The notes below the pieces were generated by a model. That model saw only the letters and a list, made by a program, of their open reading frames with translations. It did no database searches and was not told the DNA's origin. A stretch of 64,000 bases of DNA from the NCBI GenBank assembly GCA_947167045.1, contig CAMVGO010000003.1:30065-94064 (forward strand). The letters run 5' to 3'. Positions 50,333 to 60,538 of the stretch are shown one piece after another; the stretch's first letter is position 1; every line of letters starts with the position of its first letter. The translations under genes and the position numbers were made by a program. This DNA is from an uncultured Clostridia bacterium. Its GTDB lineage: Bacteria > Bacillota > Clostridia > Saccharofermentanales > Saccharofermentanaceae.

Positions 50333-51445
50333 ATGGAAAGACGATACATGATCACGGGAGGAGGCACCTCGGGCCATATCAATCCGGCTCTTGCAATTGC
50401 CGAACTACTTAAAGAAGATGCCGAAGCAAACGGCGATACATGCAGGATCATCTTTACAGGCAGGAAGATAGGACTTGAAGGAGAACTGGTTCCCAAGGCA
50501 GGTTATGAATTCCGCGATGTTGAGGCTCTCCCGATGCCTTCGAAGCCGTCCCCGAAGATGATAAGTTCTTATCTCGCGCTCGAGCGCGGCAAGAAGCAGT
50601 GCATTTCTCTGATAAATGATTTCAAGCCCGAGTGCGTCATCAGCACAGGCGGTTATGTCAGCGGACCTCTTCTGTCCGCAGCGAAAAAACTTCATGTCCC
50701 GGTTATGATCCATGAAGCAAATGCTTTTCCCGGCAGGGCCAATAAGTTCCTGTCCAAAGGTGCGGCTCTTGTAATGACGGGTTTCCCGGGTCAGGAAGCG
50801 ATCTTTTCAAAAGCAAAAAAGGTGGTCTATACCGGTAATCCCGTGAGGAACATGATGTTCGGCAGAACAAAAGAATCTTCAAGGAAGGAACTTGGTATAG
50901 CTCCCGATCAGAAATTTGTGTTCACGATGGGCGGATCTCTGGGTTCCGCAACGCTAACGAACTTCATCTTTGACATGGCGCGGAAGCCTGAATACAAAGA
51001 CATCTGCTTCTTCATCTCGGTAGGCAAACATAACTCTGTCGAGATAACTCCGGAGATCCTTGCAGTTCCGAATCTCGAGATAAGGGAATACATCGACAGG
51101 CCTGACCTTTACATGTCAGCTGCCGACTGTTCCATACTCCGTGCCGGCGCTGTAACTTGTGCCGAGATCACGGCAACGGGTGCGTGCGCGATTATGGTCC
51201 CTTATCCTTATGCTGCTCACGATCACCAGACATATAACGCAAATTCACTTGCTCAGAAAGGTGCCGGAATAGTCGTAAGCGACGATGACGTAAAAGCCGG
51301 CAAACTCGAACCGGTCCTCATCGGTCTTTTGAATGATCCGGCAAAGCAGGAACAGATCAGAAAAGCAGGCAGCAGCCTTGCGATCAGGGATACGGGAAAG
51401 CGTATTACCGATGCCATAAAGTCAGCCCTTGGGAATGAGAATTAA
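50333..51445 (+). CDS. murG: Lipid I N-acetylglucosamine transferase
   Basis: TGGGTSGHINPALA, GGYVSGP, HEAN..PGRAN, TGNPVR, GGSLG, HQTYNA. Confidence 0.95.
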   Translation: MERRYMITGGGTSGHINPALAIAELLKEDAEANGDTCRIIFTGRKIGLEGELVPKAGYEFRDVEALPMPSKPSPKMISSYLALERGKKQCISLINDFKPECVISTGGYVSGPLLSAAKKLHVPVMIHEANAFPGRANKFLSKGAALVMTGFPGQEAIFSKAKKVVYTGNPVRNMMFGRTKESSRKELGIAPDQKFVFTMGGSLGSATLTNFIFDMARKPEYKDICFFISVGKHNSVEITPEILAVPNLEIREYIDRPDLYMSAADCSILRAGAVTCAEITATGACAIMVPYPYAAHDHQTYNANSLAQKGAGIVVSDDDVKAGKLEPVLIGLLNDPAKQEQIRKAGSSLAIRDTGKRITDAIKSALGNEN

Positions 51446-51463
51446 ACTGATAGAATATTAGCT

Positions 51464-52699
51464 ATGGATGACAGCGAATTAGACAGATTATTCGGCGAAG
51501 ACGGCAAGTCTGACGAAGGTGCCCTAAACGGAGATGACGGGGCATCCGCTGAAGATTCTGCAAAAACGGCATCCGGCGATACTGAAAACACAGAACGGGA
51601 TGAGGATGAAAACCCGTTTGAATTATTAGCTGAAGAGGAATCCGGAGATACGGAAGAAGAGTCTGAAGAAGCAGAATCTGACGGAGATACTGATGAAGGT
51701 GAGGATGCACCCGAAGAAGACTCCGAAGAGGACATTGGCGAAGATTCCGGTGAAGATGATGAAGAGGCAGGCAAAGAAAAGGTATCTCCGGTAAGGAATC
51801 GTGATAATGCCGTAACCAGGACTCCCCGTACGGTCAGGAGAGAACGCCCGGTCAAACAGGCTGCTCCATCCGATGACGGCAGTCTATTGGATTTCATCCG
51901 TCAGAACCGCAAAGGCGTTATCGCTGCATGCCTGGCGGTTGCCGTTATTATCATGATCCTTCTGGTCGTATTCCTTCCTGCGTTCAGGGTAAGAAATGCG
52001 CATGTTGAAGGCAATGTTGTTTTGACAGACCAGGAAGTGCTTAAGGAAGTCGGCCTTGAATACGACTCTCATCTCATGAGCGGCGTAAGCGGCAATATCT
52101 TCGACATCTTAGGGCTCAACTACGGCAAGACAGAAGAGCGCGTTAAGCAGGAAAACCCTTATATCGAGGATATCAGGATATCCGTTAAACTGCCTTCCAC
52201 CGTGGATATCAGGATCAAAGAGAGAAGGAAGGTCTGCTATATCAGGACTCCTGACGGTTATGCTGCCCTGGATGAGGACGGCATCGTATTGGAACTTTCA
52301 TCTTTCGATGCGAAAAGAACTGTCAGACCAGTCATCTGCGGCCTCAACGTCAAATATGCCGAGCTCGGAAAACCCGTAAAGATATCGAACATGAACGATT
52401 ACAAGAAGGCGATCATCGTGCTCGGCGCCATACTTGCGGCTGATAACGCAAGTGTCGGCGGTGACTATTCAATGTTCGAGAACACTTCTGAAGTAAGGAT
52501 ACTGCCGAGCGGCTATATCTTCCTCACGGTGTACCTGCCATCGGGCAACCTCATACAGATTAAGCTCAACGGCACGGACAACATCGGTGACCACATGGCA
52601 TGGCTCCTCTATGCGAGCAACTCCAATTCGCTCGACAAGCTTACGGCCGACGGATCGCTCGACATGACGGGTGATGAGTATATTTTCGACGAATACTGA
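51464..52699 (+). CDS. FtsQ/DivIB-like protein with long acidic N-terminus
   Basis: Single TM then POTRA-like F.V....VEGN..L...NPYIEDIRISVKLPSTV.I.IKER; between murG and ftsZ. Confidence 0.78.
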   Translation: MDDSELDRLFGEDGKSDEGALNGDDGASAEDSAKTASGDTENTERDEDENPFELLAEEESGDTEEESEEAESDGDTDEGEDAPEEDSEEDIGEDSGEDDEEAGKEKVSPVRNRDNAVTRTPRTVRRERPVKQAAPSDDGSLLDFIRQNRKGVIAACLAVAVIIMILLVVFLPAFRVRNAHVEGNVVLTDQEVLKEVGLEYDSHLMSGVSGNIFDILGLNYGKTEERVKQENPYIEDIRISVKLPSTVDIRIKERRKVCYIRTPDGYAALDEDGIVLELSSFDAKRTVRPVICGLNVKYAELGKPVKISNMNDYKKAIIVLGAILAADNASVGGDYSMFENTSEVRILPSGYIFLTVYLPSGNLIQIKLNGTDNIGDHMAWLLYASNSNSLDKLTADGSLDMTGDEYIFDEY

Positions 52700-52782
52700 T
52701 AAAAAACTTGATTTCAAATATTTAGTGCTATTATAAATGTGAAAGTTTCTTTACATTCACACAGTATTTCACGCAGTTTGTA

Positions 52783-52811
52783 TTGATTGAAACTTGTGTT
52801 TAGGTTAAAAT
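52783..52811 (+). promoter_or_regulatory. Candidate ftsZ promoter in an AT-rich intergenic region
   Basis: TTGATT-17 nt-TAAAAT; further -10-like hexamers at 52729 and 52845. Confidence 0.45.
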
Positions 52812-52901
52812 TTTGAATGGTTAATAAGATTTTTAATCAAGAAATATAATTTTATTTTTGATTTGGACCACAAAAGTTTAAAGGTACGGAGGAACAAAAG
52901 G

Positions 52902-54293
52902 ATGTCTGAGAGCAAGCACAGCTATTCAATGGACGAATCTAATGTTGCAAGCATTAAGGTAATCGGCGTAGGCGGCGGCGGAAGCAATGCCGTAAACCGC
53001 ATGGTCGAGAGTGGTGTCCAGGGCGTCACGTTCATCGCAATCAATACTGACAATCAGGCTCTTGCACGCAACAAGGCAGAGATCAAGATACAGATCGGTG
53101 AGAAGGTTACAAGAGGTTTGGGATGCGGAGCAGATCCGAGCGTAGGCGAGAAGGCTGCTGAAGAATCCAGAGACGAGATCGCAGAGGCTATCGCAAATAC
53201 TGATATGCTCTTTATCACAGCCGGCATGGGCGGCGGAACGGGAACAGGTGCAGCTCCTGTTGTTGCTCAGATTGCTAGGGATCTCGGTATCCTCACCGTT
53301 GCAGTAGTTACCAGCCCGTTTACTTTTGAGGGTGCAAAGAGAGCAGCCAATGCGGAGCGCGGTGTAAGAGAACTTCAGAAGTCTGTAGATTCCCTCATCA
53401 TCGTTTCCAATGATAAGCTCCTCGACGTTGTCGACGATAATACAAGCTTCGAAGAAGCATTCAATATGGCAGACCAGGTATTGAAGTTCGGTGTTGCAGG
53501 TATCTCAGACCTCGTAGCTATCCCCGGACTCATCAACCTCGACCTTGCAGACGTTACACGTGTCATGAAGGACGCAGGCATCTGCCACATGGGTATCGGC
53601 CGTGCTTCAGGCGAAGACAGAGCACAGGTTGCCATCAAGCAGGCTATCAATTCACCTCTCCTCGATACGACTATCGACGGAGCAACAGGTGTTATCCTTA
53701 ACTTCACAGGCGGACGTGGAATGCGTCTTTCCGAGATCGATGCAGCTTCATCCATCGTTCGTCAGGCAGCAGCACCCGAGGCAGAGATTATCGTCGGTGC
53801 AGTTGTTGATGATTCACTTGAGGATGAGCTCATGATCACTGTTATCGCTTCAGGCTTTGAAGGCACGGTAAATGCTTCTGCAGGCCACAGAGCAAGCACA
53901 TCAGTTCTCTCCAGAGAGAATCCTACTCTTATTACATCAAGACAGCCTGTAGCTCCTCAGCCGAGAACAGACTACACACCGAGACAGCCCGAGCCTGCAG
54001 CTCAGCCTGTACCGGTACAGAGAGCACAGCCCGGTTTCAGATTCGGTGATGATTCAGTTAATCAGCCCGCACCTGCACCCGCTCATGTAGCTCCCGTTCA
54101 GCCTCAGCAGGTTCCTGTACAGCAGCCCGTTCAGCAGGCTCCCGTACAGCAGATTCCCCAGCAGCAGATTCCTGTTCAGCAGCAGCCTGTACAGATGGGC
54201 GGAAGACCTCAGGCTAACGTAGCTCCTCAGCCCGATGAGAAGGCACAGAAGTCCGCTAAGCCCTGGTTCATGTTCGGTAAGGACGGACAGTAA
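52902..54293 (+). CDS. ftsZ: Cell division protein FtsZ
   Basis: [41 protein letters not shown]; SD GGAGG favours ATG 52902. Confidence 0.97.
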   Translation: MSESKHSYSMDESNVASIKVIGVGGGGSNAVNRMVESGVQGVTFIAINTDNQALARNKAEIKIQIGEKVTRGLGCGADPSVGEKAAEESRDEIAEAIANTDMLFITAGMGGGTGTGAAPVVAQIARDLGILTVAVVTSPFTFEGAKRAANAERGVRELQKSVDSLIIVSNDKLLDVVDDNTSFEEAFNMADQVLKFGVAGISDLVAIPGLINLDLADVTRVMKDAGICHMGIGRASGEDRAQVAIKQAINSPLLDTTIDGATGVILNFTGGRGMRLSEIDAASSIVRQAAAPEAEIIVGAVVDDSLEDELMITVIASGFEGTVNASAGHRASTSVLSRENPTLITSRQPVAPQPRTDYTPRQPEPAAQPVPVQRAQPGFRFGDDSVNQPAPAPAHVAPVQPQQVPVQQPVQQAPVQQIPQQQIPVQQQPVQMGGRPQANVAPQPDEKAQKSAKPWFMFGKDGQ

Positions 54294-54310
54294 TTTAAGG
54301 GAGTAGGTCA

Positions 54311-54784
54311 GTGGTCTGTCCCAAATGCGGCGAGAACAACGATAAGGTTCTTGATTCAAGACCGAGTGACGACGGATTTGTCGTCAGAAGGAGACGTGTC
54401 TGCCTCGTTTGCGGCGCCAGATTCTCGACCATAGAAAAGATCGAAGGCTTAAAGCCGATGGTCATAAAGAAGAACGGGTCCAAGCAGCCCTATGATCCTG
54501 ATAAGATCTTAAGGAGTTTGGACGTCGCCTGCCAGAAACGCGGAGTGTCCCAACAGGTCAAAGAGAATATCTGTTCCGACATTACACATATCGTAGAGGG
54601 CAGGTTCAACAAAGAGATATCCTCGTCGGAGATCGGCGAGTTTATCATGTCGAAGCTCATGGATATAGACCGTGTGTCCTATGTCCGCTTCGCATCGGTA
54701 TATAAGAATTTCACAGATCTGGATTCTTATACTGCCGAGATAAACAATTTCGACGTCGGGAGCGGTGCTCCCCCCGAAGAATAA
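54311..54784 (+). CDS. nrdR: Transcriptional repressor NrdR
   Basis: CPKC..KVLDSR..RRRRVC..C..RFST.E, ATP cone, YVRFASVYK. Confidence 0.95.
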   Translation: MVCPKCGENNDKVLDSRPSDDGFVVRRRRVCLVCGARFSTIEKIEGLKPMVIKKNGSKQPYDPDKILRSLDVACQKRGVSQQVKENICSDITHIVEGRFNKEISSSEIGEFIMSKLMDIDRVSYVRFASVYKNFTDLDSYTAEINNFDVGSGAPPEE

Positions 54785-54787
54785 GGC

Positions 54788-54806
54788 TTTGTAACATTGT
54801 TACAAA
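54788..54806. promoter_or_regulatory. Perfect palindrome upstream of the response regulator
   Basis: TTTGTAACA-T-TGTTACAAA. Confidence 0.6.
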
Positions 54807-54846
54807 AAGGTAAGAACCTAAGAAGTTGTGAGGCAGGGGTGATCTT

Positions 54847-55566
54847 ATGGCAGCTAACAAGGTTTTGCTCGTAGACGACGATCCGGGCATCATTGAAGTA
54901 CTTAAACTCTATTTCGAGAAAGAGGGATACCAGGTATCCACATGCATGCAGGGCGACAAGGCTGTTGCCACATTCCAAGCTTTCGTACCTGATATCGTTA
55001 TTTTGGACCTCATGCTCCCGGGCATGGACGGCAACGATATATGCCGAGAGATCAGAAAGACTTCTGACACTCCCATCATCATGTTGACTGCAAGGACTGA
55101 TACGCTCGATAAGATCGTAGGTCTCGAGCTCGGTGCTGATGACTATATCCCGAAGCCGTTTGAACCTAAGGAGGTTCTCGCCAGAGTCAAGGCTGTCTTA
55201 AGACGTACGGACAAGCGTGACGCAGCTCCCGCATCTTCCGATGCGAAGGAAGCTTCTCCCGATGTTATCACATATCCCGGATTCTCAGTCGATAAGATCC
55301 GCTACGTTGTCTGCGTTGACGGCAACGAGATCTATATGCCGCCGAAGGAACTCGAACTCCTGTTCTTCCTCGCATCCAATCCCAACAGGGTATTTACGAG
55401 AGAGCAGCTCTTAGAGAACGTTTGGGGCTACGATTTCTACGGAGAATCCCGTACGGTCGATGTCCATATCAAGCGTATCAGAGAGAAGATCGAGAATCCC
55501 GACAGGGAGCAGAATTGGAGCATTAAGACCGTCTGGAGCAAGGGTTATAAATTCGAGACGAGGTAA
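54847..55566 (+). CDS. OmpR/PhoB-family response regulator
   Basis: LLVDDD, LDLMLPG, GLELGADDY..KPF, VWGYDF..SRTVDVHIKRIREKIE. Confidence 0.93.
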   Translation: MAANKVLLVDDDPGIIEVLKLYFEKEGYQVSTCMQGDKAVATFQAFVPDIVILDLMLPGMDGNDICREIRKTSDTPIIMLTARTDTLDKIVGLELGADDYIPKPFEPKEVLARVKAVLRRTDKRDAAPASSDAKEASPDVITYPGFSVDKIRYVVCVDGNEIYMPPKELELLFFLASNPNRVFTREQLLENVWGYDFYGESRTVDVHIKRIREKIENPDREQNWSIKTVWSKGYKFETR

Positions 55567-55573
55567 GTAATTT

Positions 55574-57127
55574 ATGGCGCCGAGAACTGAAGGTAAGCAA
55601 GTATCGGCGGGCTTTGCTGTATTTCTCATATCATTTCTTGTATTGGCAACGCTGATCGTTTTCGCAGTCTTGCTGTTCCTTTCATATGAGAATATGTACA
55701 ACAACCTCATAGCCAAAGTGGGCAGGGGTACGGAATCGGCTGCCGAAGATCTCTCGTCAGATGTTACTTCCATAATCTCTCTTCAGAGCATTCCGTTTGA
55801 ATATACGACGAATGACGATGGTACGGATAATTTCAAGAATTCCCGTATCATCGACAAGTTTGTCAATTCGCAGACATACAGTTCGAACGGTGCTATCTAT
55901 ATCACCGATGTCAACGGCAGGATATACAGCCGTAATTCTTTTGTATATGACGTTTTCGACAACATCCTGACGACGGAGGATGCCCCTGTCTACATAGCAC
56001 AGAAGAACATCCTGGAGCTCATAACCGAGGCAGACAAACAGGGTATAGCAAAGACAGGTTCGAACAATACCGGAAGAGTAGTTTCGGTCAGTTGCGTCAA
56101 GATAACCGGCACACCTTACTTCTGCATCGTAAGCAACAGTGAGGGAACTGAAGAAACAAAGCAGGAGTATATCAACATAATCTTCATTCCTGCCATGGTC
56201 GCAATGGTCATCGCGATAATCCTCTACGTCGTATTCGTTTACTTCAGCCTCATGCCTGTTAAGGACATCTCACAGGCCATTGCAAAGGTTGCTGAAGGCG
56301 ACTATTCGGTCAGGGTCAACCCCAAGTATTCACAGCAGAATGATTTCACTTCTCTCTCGGTTTCCTCCGAGTTTACGGAGATGGCGATCACGGTTAACAG
56401 AATGATCGAATCTCTCGAAAACCAGGAGCACGACAGAGAGATGTTCATCTCATCGATCGCGCATGATATAAGAACCCCTCTCACATCGATCAACGGTTTT
56501 GTAACCGCGATGCTAGACGGAACTATCCCTGCGGAAAAGCAGGATCACTATCTCGAGCTTATAAAGCAGCAGACTGACAGGATCAGGACTCTTGTTACTC
56601 AGATGACGGAAGCATCTTCTCTGTCACATCCCGATCCTGACATGATGGAAGAGTTCAATATCAATGACATGATCAACGATATTGTCGACAATCTCGAGGC
56701 ACAGCTTACTGACAAGCAGATAAGAGTCATCAAATCATTGGATCCCGGCCCGGGCATTATCGTATACGGCGAAGCACAGCAGCTGTGCAGGGTAATAATC
56801 AACATCATTACGAATGCAATAAAGTTCACGCCCATGAACGGCGAGATCAAGATAACCACTGAAACAAATCCGAAGCAGAGGAAAGTCTTCATTTCCGTCG
56901 AAGACTCGGGTGCCGGTGTTGAGGAATCTAAACGCCAGAGGATATTTGAGAGCTTCTATCAGGCAGATCCTTCGAGAACAGCCGAAGGAGTCGGACGCTG
57001 GCTCTACATCTTCAAGCAGATCCTCGCAGGACACGGACAGACGATCATATGCGATGAAGGAAGAGAACTTGGCGGAGCCAAATTCGTATTCTCTTTCCCT
57101 TATCCGCCCGAGAATCAGGAGCAGTAA
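55574..57127 (+). CDS. Sensor histidine kinase (two TMs, HAMP, HisKA, HATPase); G2 box aberrant
   Basis: SIAHDIRTPLTSING, NIITNAIKFT, VEDSGAG, IFESFYQ. Confidence 0.9.
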   Translation: MAPRTEGKQVSAGFAVFLISFLVLATLIVFAVLLFLSYENMYNNLIAKVGRGTESAAEDLSSDVTSIISLQSIPFEYTTNDDGTDNFKNSRIIDKFVNSQTYSSNGAIYITDVNGRIYSRNSFVYDVFDNILTTEDAPVYIAQKNILELITEADKQGIAKTGSNNTGRVVSVSCVKITGTPYFCIVSNSEGTEETKQEYINIIFIPAMVAMVIAIILYVVFVYFSLMPVKDISQAIAKVAEGDYSVRVNPKYSQQNDFTSLSVSSEFTEMAITVNRMIESLENQEHDREMFISSIAHDIRTPLTSINGFVTAMLDGTIPAEKQDHYLELIKQQTDRIRTLVTQMTEASSLSHPDPDMMEEFNINDMINDIVDNLEAQLTDKQIRVIKSLDPGPGIIVYGEAQQLCRVIINIITNAIKFTPMNGEIKITTETNPKQRKVFISVEDSGAGVEESKRQRIFESFYQADPSRTAEGVGRWLYIFKQILAGHGQTIICDEGRELGGAKFVFSFPYPPENQEQ

Positions 57128-57130
57128 GTT

Positions 57131-57772
57131 TTGGCAGCAAAGGATACAAAGAACATCAAGCTGGCCAAGCAGATATACGATGCTCTGTCAACGGAGTTTC
57201 CCGACAGTTCATGCTCTCTGGAGACAGATTGTCCCCAAAACTTAGCCATCAGAGGAATATTGTCCGCACAATGCACCGACAAAAGGGTTAATATTACTGC
57301 AAGACAGCTTTTCGACAGGTTCCCCGATATGGAGTCCATCGCATCCCAGGAGCCTGAAGTGATCGCAGAGATAATAAAGCCCTGCGGTCTTACGGCTTCA
57401 AAGACAAAGTCGGTAATGGCTTTCGCGAAGAAGATGACGGACGAATGGGGCGGCGTCATTCCAAATGATGTTGATGCTCTTATGGAAGTCCCGGGCATCG
57501 GGAAAAAGATAGCGAATCTTATCGTCGGAGAGGTCTACGGCACACCTGCCGTTGTTGTCGACACGCACTGCAAGCGCGTGATGAAGAGAACAGGAATAAC
57601 AGACAGTGAGGACCCTGCTAAGGTCGAGAAGGACATAATGAAGGCATTTCCAGAAGCACAGTGGATCAGTATAGGTCATCTGTCGGTCGATCTCGGCAGA
57701 AAGTACTGCACGGCAAGAGCGCCGAAATGCGGTGAATGTCCGCTGTCGTCTTTCTGTAAGAGGAGGATCTGA
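57131..57772 (+). CDS. nth: Endonuclease III
   Basis: LSAQCTDKRVN, HhH PGIGKKIAN, VDTH, C-terminal four-Cys Fe-S motif. Confidence 0.93.
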   Translation: MAAKDTKNIKLAKQIYDALSTEFPDSSCSLETDCPQNLAIRGILSAQCTDKRVNITARQLFDRFPDMESIASQEPEVIAEIIKPCGLTASKTKSVMAFAKKMTDEWGGVIPNDVDALMEVPGIGKKIANLIVGEVYGTPAVVVDTHCKRVMKRTGITDSEDPAKVEKDIMKAFPEAQWISIGHLSVDLGRKYCTARAPKCGECPLSSFCKRRI

Positions 57773-57778
57773 CATAAT

Positions 57779-59956
57779 ATGCCGACGATCCATCTGTCCA
57801 ATCCCGTGACCGATCTCTACGGTATCGGTCCGGCAGCCGAAGAGAGGCTTGCCAAACTCGACATATACACGATCTATGACCTGATCGCGTTTATTCCGTG
57901 GCGCTACGACGACTGGTCCGAGCTGGGCACCATAGGATCATTTGACATGGATGCTCGCGCCGGTGAAGATGCCGGATACGACCTTTCTTTCAGAGGTACC
58001 ATCTCGACCAATCCGACGGTCAATGTCACGAGCAGGAAAAAGCCGCTGAGTTTTTTCGTTAACGACGGCACCGGGAGGATAAAGCTCACATTCTTTAATT
58101 CGTCCTATCTTGCAGGAAAGTTTACTCTGGGTGATGAGTGTTTTGTACATGGCAATGTCACGCTCTTTAACGGACAGATGCAGATGGTAAATCCCTATAT
58201 CGAGAAGGCTGAGAAGATCGCCGACGATGCGCTGGTAAGACCTGTTTATCATCTTACTGCCGGCATTACTTCGAATAACATTTCCAAGTGGGTAAGGACC
58301 GCGCTGAAGCTCTGCGGCAACGAACTGCTGTCGGTCATACCCGCTTCGATAGCTGAGAAGAAGGGCTTTGTATCTCCTCTGGAAGTATATGAGATGGCGC
58401 ATTTCCCCGCCTCATTGGAGGAGGCGAAAAGAGCCAGGGAACAGCTGGCATATGAAGAGCTGATCCTTTTAGGCATCGGAATGAAACTGTACAGTTCCGG
58501 ACACGGCGTCAGGGAGATCGCCGAACAGGTAATACCGTCAGGTCCTGAAGGTATCGACCGTGAGTCTGCAATGAGATGGCGTCAGATAAAGGGAAATATG
58601 GGGTTTGCTCTCACGGCGGATCAGGCAGCGGCTTTCCGCGATGTCGAGACTGATCTCATGTCCACGACCCCGATGAACAGACTTATCCAGGGTGACGTAG
58701 GTTCGGGCAAGACGATGGTTGCGGCCCTTTCCATGATAATAACCGCGCTGATGGGAAAACAGGCAGTGCTCCTTGCACCGACATCAGTTCTGGCATCACA
58801 GCACTACAAGACCATTTCGAACCTGATGAAGGGCAGCGGCATGGAGCCGGTGCTCCTGCTCGGCAAGACGAAGCCTTCAGAGAAAAATGAGATAAAGGAA
58901 AAGATATCAGACGGTTCGGCGCGCGTGATAATAGGAACGCATGCTCTCCTTACGGATGATATCAGATTCAGCGATCTGGCTCTTGTCATAGCTGATGAGC
59001 AGCACCGCTTCGGCGTTAAGCAGAGGGAAAAACTGTTGTTTAAGGATACGGTAAAGGACGGAACGGTAAAGAGCGTTCACAACCTGATAATGACCGCCAC
59101 ACCCATACCGAGGACTCTTGCGATGGTCATCTACGGCGATATGGCCACTTCGGTGATAAAACAAAAACCATCCGGACGCCAGGAGATAACCACATGGTTT
59201 GTCAATTCAAAAAAGAGTAAGGCGATAGAGGAGATCCTGAGCGTAAAGCTTTCAGCCGGAGAGCAGGTTTATATAGTCTGTGCCAAGATCGATGAGGACG
59301 AGACTGAATCGGGTGCGGATAACTTTGTAGGCGCACCTTTGGATGGTGACGATACCGTAACGAGTGTCATGGACATGAAGAAGATCATTGATTCGATGAG
59401 CAATCTTTCCAGATATTCCAGTGCCGTTTTATACGGTTCCATGAAGGAAAAGGATAAGCTCGAGACGATGGAGAGGTTTATCGCGGGAGATATAAAGATA
59501 CTGATATCCACCACTGTAATAGAGGTAGGCGTCGACAATCCGAATGCGAACGTCATGATCATAATGGATGCTGACAGATTCGGATTATCAACGCTTCACC
59601 AGCTCAGGGGAAGGATCGGCAGAGGTGATAAGAAGTCATATTGTCTTCTCGTATCCGAATCCAAATCCGAACTCGCTCTCCAGCGCATGAAGATGATGTG
59701 CGAATCGAGCGACGGATTCGCTTTGGCCGAGAAGGATCTTGAATTAAGAGGCCCGGGAGATTTTTACGGCACAAGGCAGCACGGCATCCCGACATTAAGG
59801 GCCGCAAACCTGTATACTGATATGAACATCGCCGGCGAGGCCTGTGATGCGGTAAATAAAGTCATAGAAGAAGGCGGAGAGGAAGCCGAACGTCTGAATG
59901 ATGCGATAAAGAAGATGTTCGAGCTGCGATTCGCCAGGAAGATGGAGCAGATCTGA
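57779..59956 (+). CDS. recG: ATP-dependent DNA helicase RecG
   Basis: MNRLIQGDVGSGKT, DEQHRFGV, TATPIPRTL, TTVIEVGVD, QLRGRIGRG, RGPGD. Confidence 0.96.
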   Translation: MPTIHLSNPVTDLYGIGPAAEERLAKLDIYTIYDLIAFIPWRYDDWSELGTIGSFDMDARAGEDAGYDLSFRGTISTNPTVNVTSRKKPLSFFVNDGTGRIKLTFFNSSYLAGKFTLGDECFVHGNVTLFNGQMQMVNPYIEKAEKIADDALVRPVYHLTAGITSNNISKWVRTALKLCGNELLSVIPASIAEKKGFVSPLEVYEMAHFPASLEEAKRAREQLAYEELILLGIGMKLYSSGHGVREIAEQVIPSGPEGIDRESAMRWRQIKGNMGFALTADQAAAFRDVETDLMSTTPMNRLIQGDVGSGKTMVAALSMIITALMGKQAVLLAPTSVLASQHYKTISNLMKGSGMEPVLLLGKTKPSEKNEIKEKISDGSARVIIGTHALLTDDIRFSDLALVIADEQHRFGVKQREKLLFKDTVKDGTVKSVHNLIMTATPIPRTLAMVIYGDMATSVIKQKPSGRQEITTWFVNSKKSKAIEEILSVKLSAGEQVYIVCAKIDEDETESGADNFVGAPLDGDDTVTSVMDMKKIIDSMSNLSRYSSAVLYGSMKEKDKLETMERFIAGDIKILISTTVIEVGVDNPNANVMIIMDADRFGLSTLHQLRGRIGRGDKKSYCLLVSESKSELALQRMKMMCESSDGFALAEKDLELRGPGDFYGTRQHGIPTLRAANLYTDMNIAGEACDAVNKVIEEGGEEAERLNDAIKKMFELRFARKMEQI

Positions 59957-60534
59957 TGCCGAGAGTAGTGACCGGAAGATTCAGGGGCGCGGTATTGCAG
60001 GCGCCTGAAGGAGATAAGACGAGACCCACGACCGATAAGGTCAAGGAGGCGTTGTTTTCCATTATCCAGGCTTATGTTCCTGATTCTGAATTTCTGGATC
60101 TTTTTGCGGGTTCAGGTCAGATCGGCATAGAAGCCCTGAGCCGCGGCGCGAAGCGCGTTGCGCTTGTCGAAAGAAGCGGACAGGCTGCTTCCGTTATCGC
60201 GAAAAACCTGAGCAAGATCAGGATGGATGATTCGGACGAGATAAGACTTCACAAGAAGAGTGTTGCACAGGCGCTTGAACTCATGGGACAGGGCGGTGAG
60301 CGGTTTGATATCATATTCATGGATCCGCCATACAAAGATGTGCCGTTAAGGCTTGAGGAAGCAACAAAGATCATCAGTGACTTTGGAATGCTCAAGGAAG
60401 AAGGCATGCTCATAGTAGAGCACGATAAGGACTGTGAGATTCCCGAAGAACTTAACGGCCTGAAACGTGTTCGTTCTTGTAGTTACGGGATTACAGTGAT
60501 AACATTTTTTAAGGACAAGAATATCGGAGGATAA
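59956..60534 (+). CDS. rsmD: 16S rRNA m2G966 methyltransferase
   Basis: RPTTDKVKEALF, LDLFAGSG..GIEALSRGA, FMDPPY. Confidence 0.93.
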   Translation: MPRVVTGRFRGAVLQAPEGDKTRPTTDKVKEALFSIIQAYVPDSEFLDLFAGSGQIGIEALSRGAKRVALVERSGQAASVIAKNLSKIRMDDSDEIRLHKKSVAQALELMGQGGERFDIIFMDPPYKDVPLRLEEATKIISDFGMLKEEGMLIVEHDKDCEIPEELNGLKRVRSCSYGITVITFFKDKNIGG

Positions 60535-60538
60535 TGGA

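Noticed and set aside
19227-52901. Upstream-extended starts in the ORF track (19227, 25250, 32808, 43302, 47410, 52863)
   Set aside because: They overlap upstream genes or terminators; downstream starts fit SD position or homologous N-termini better.
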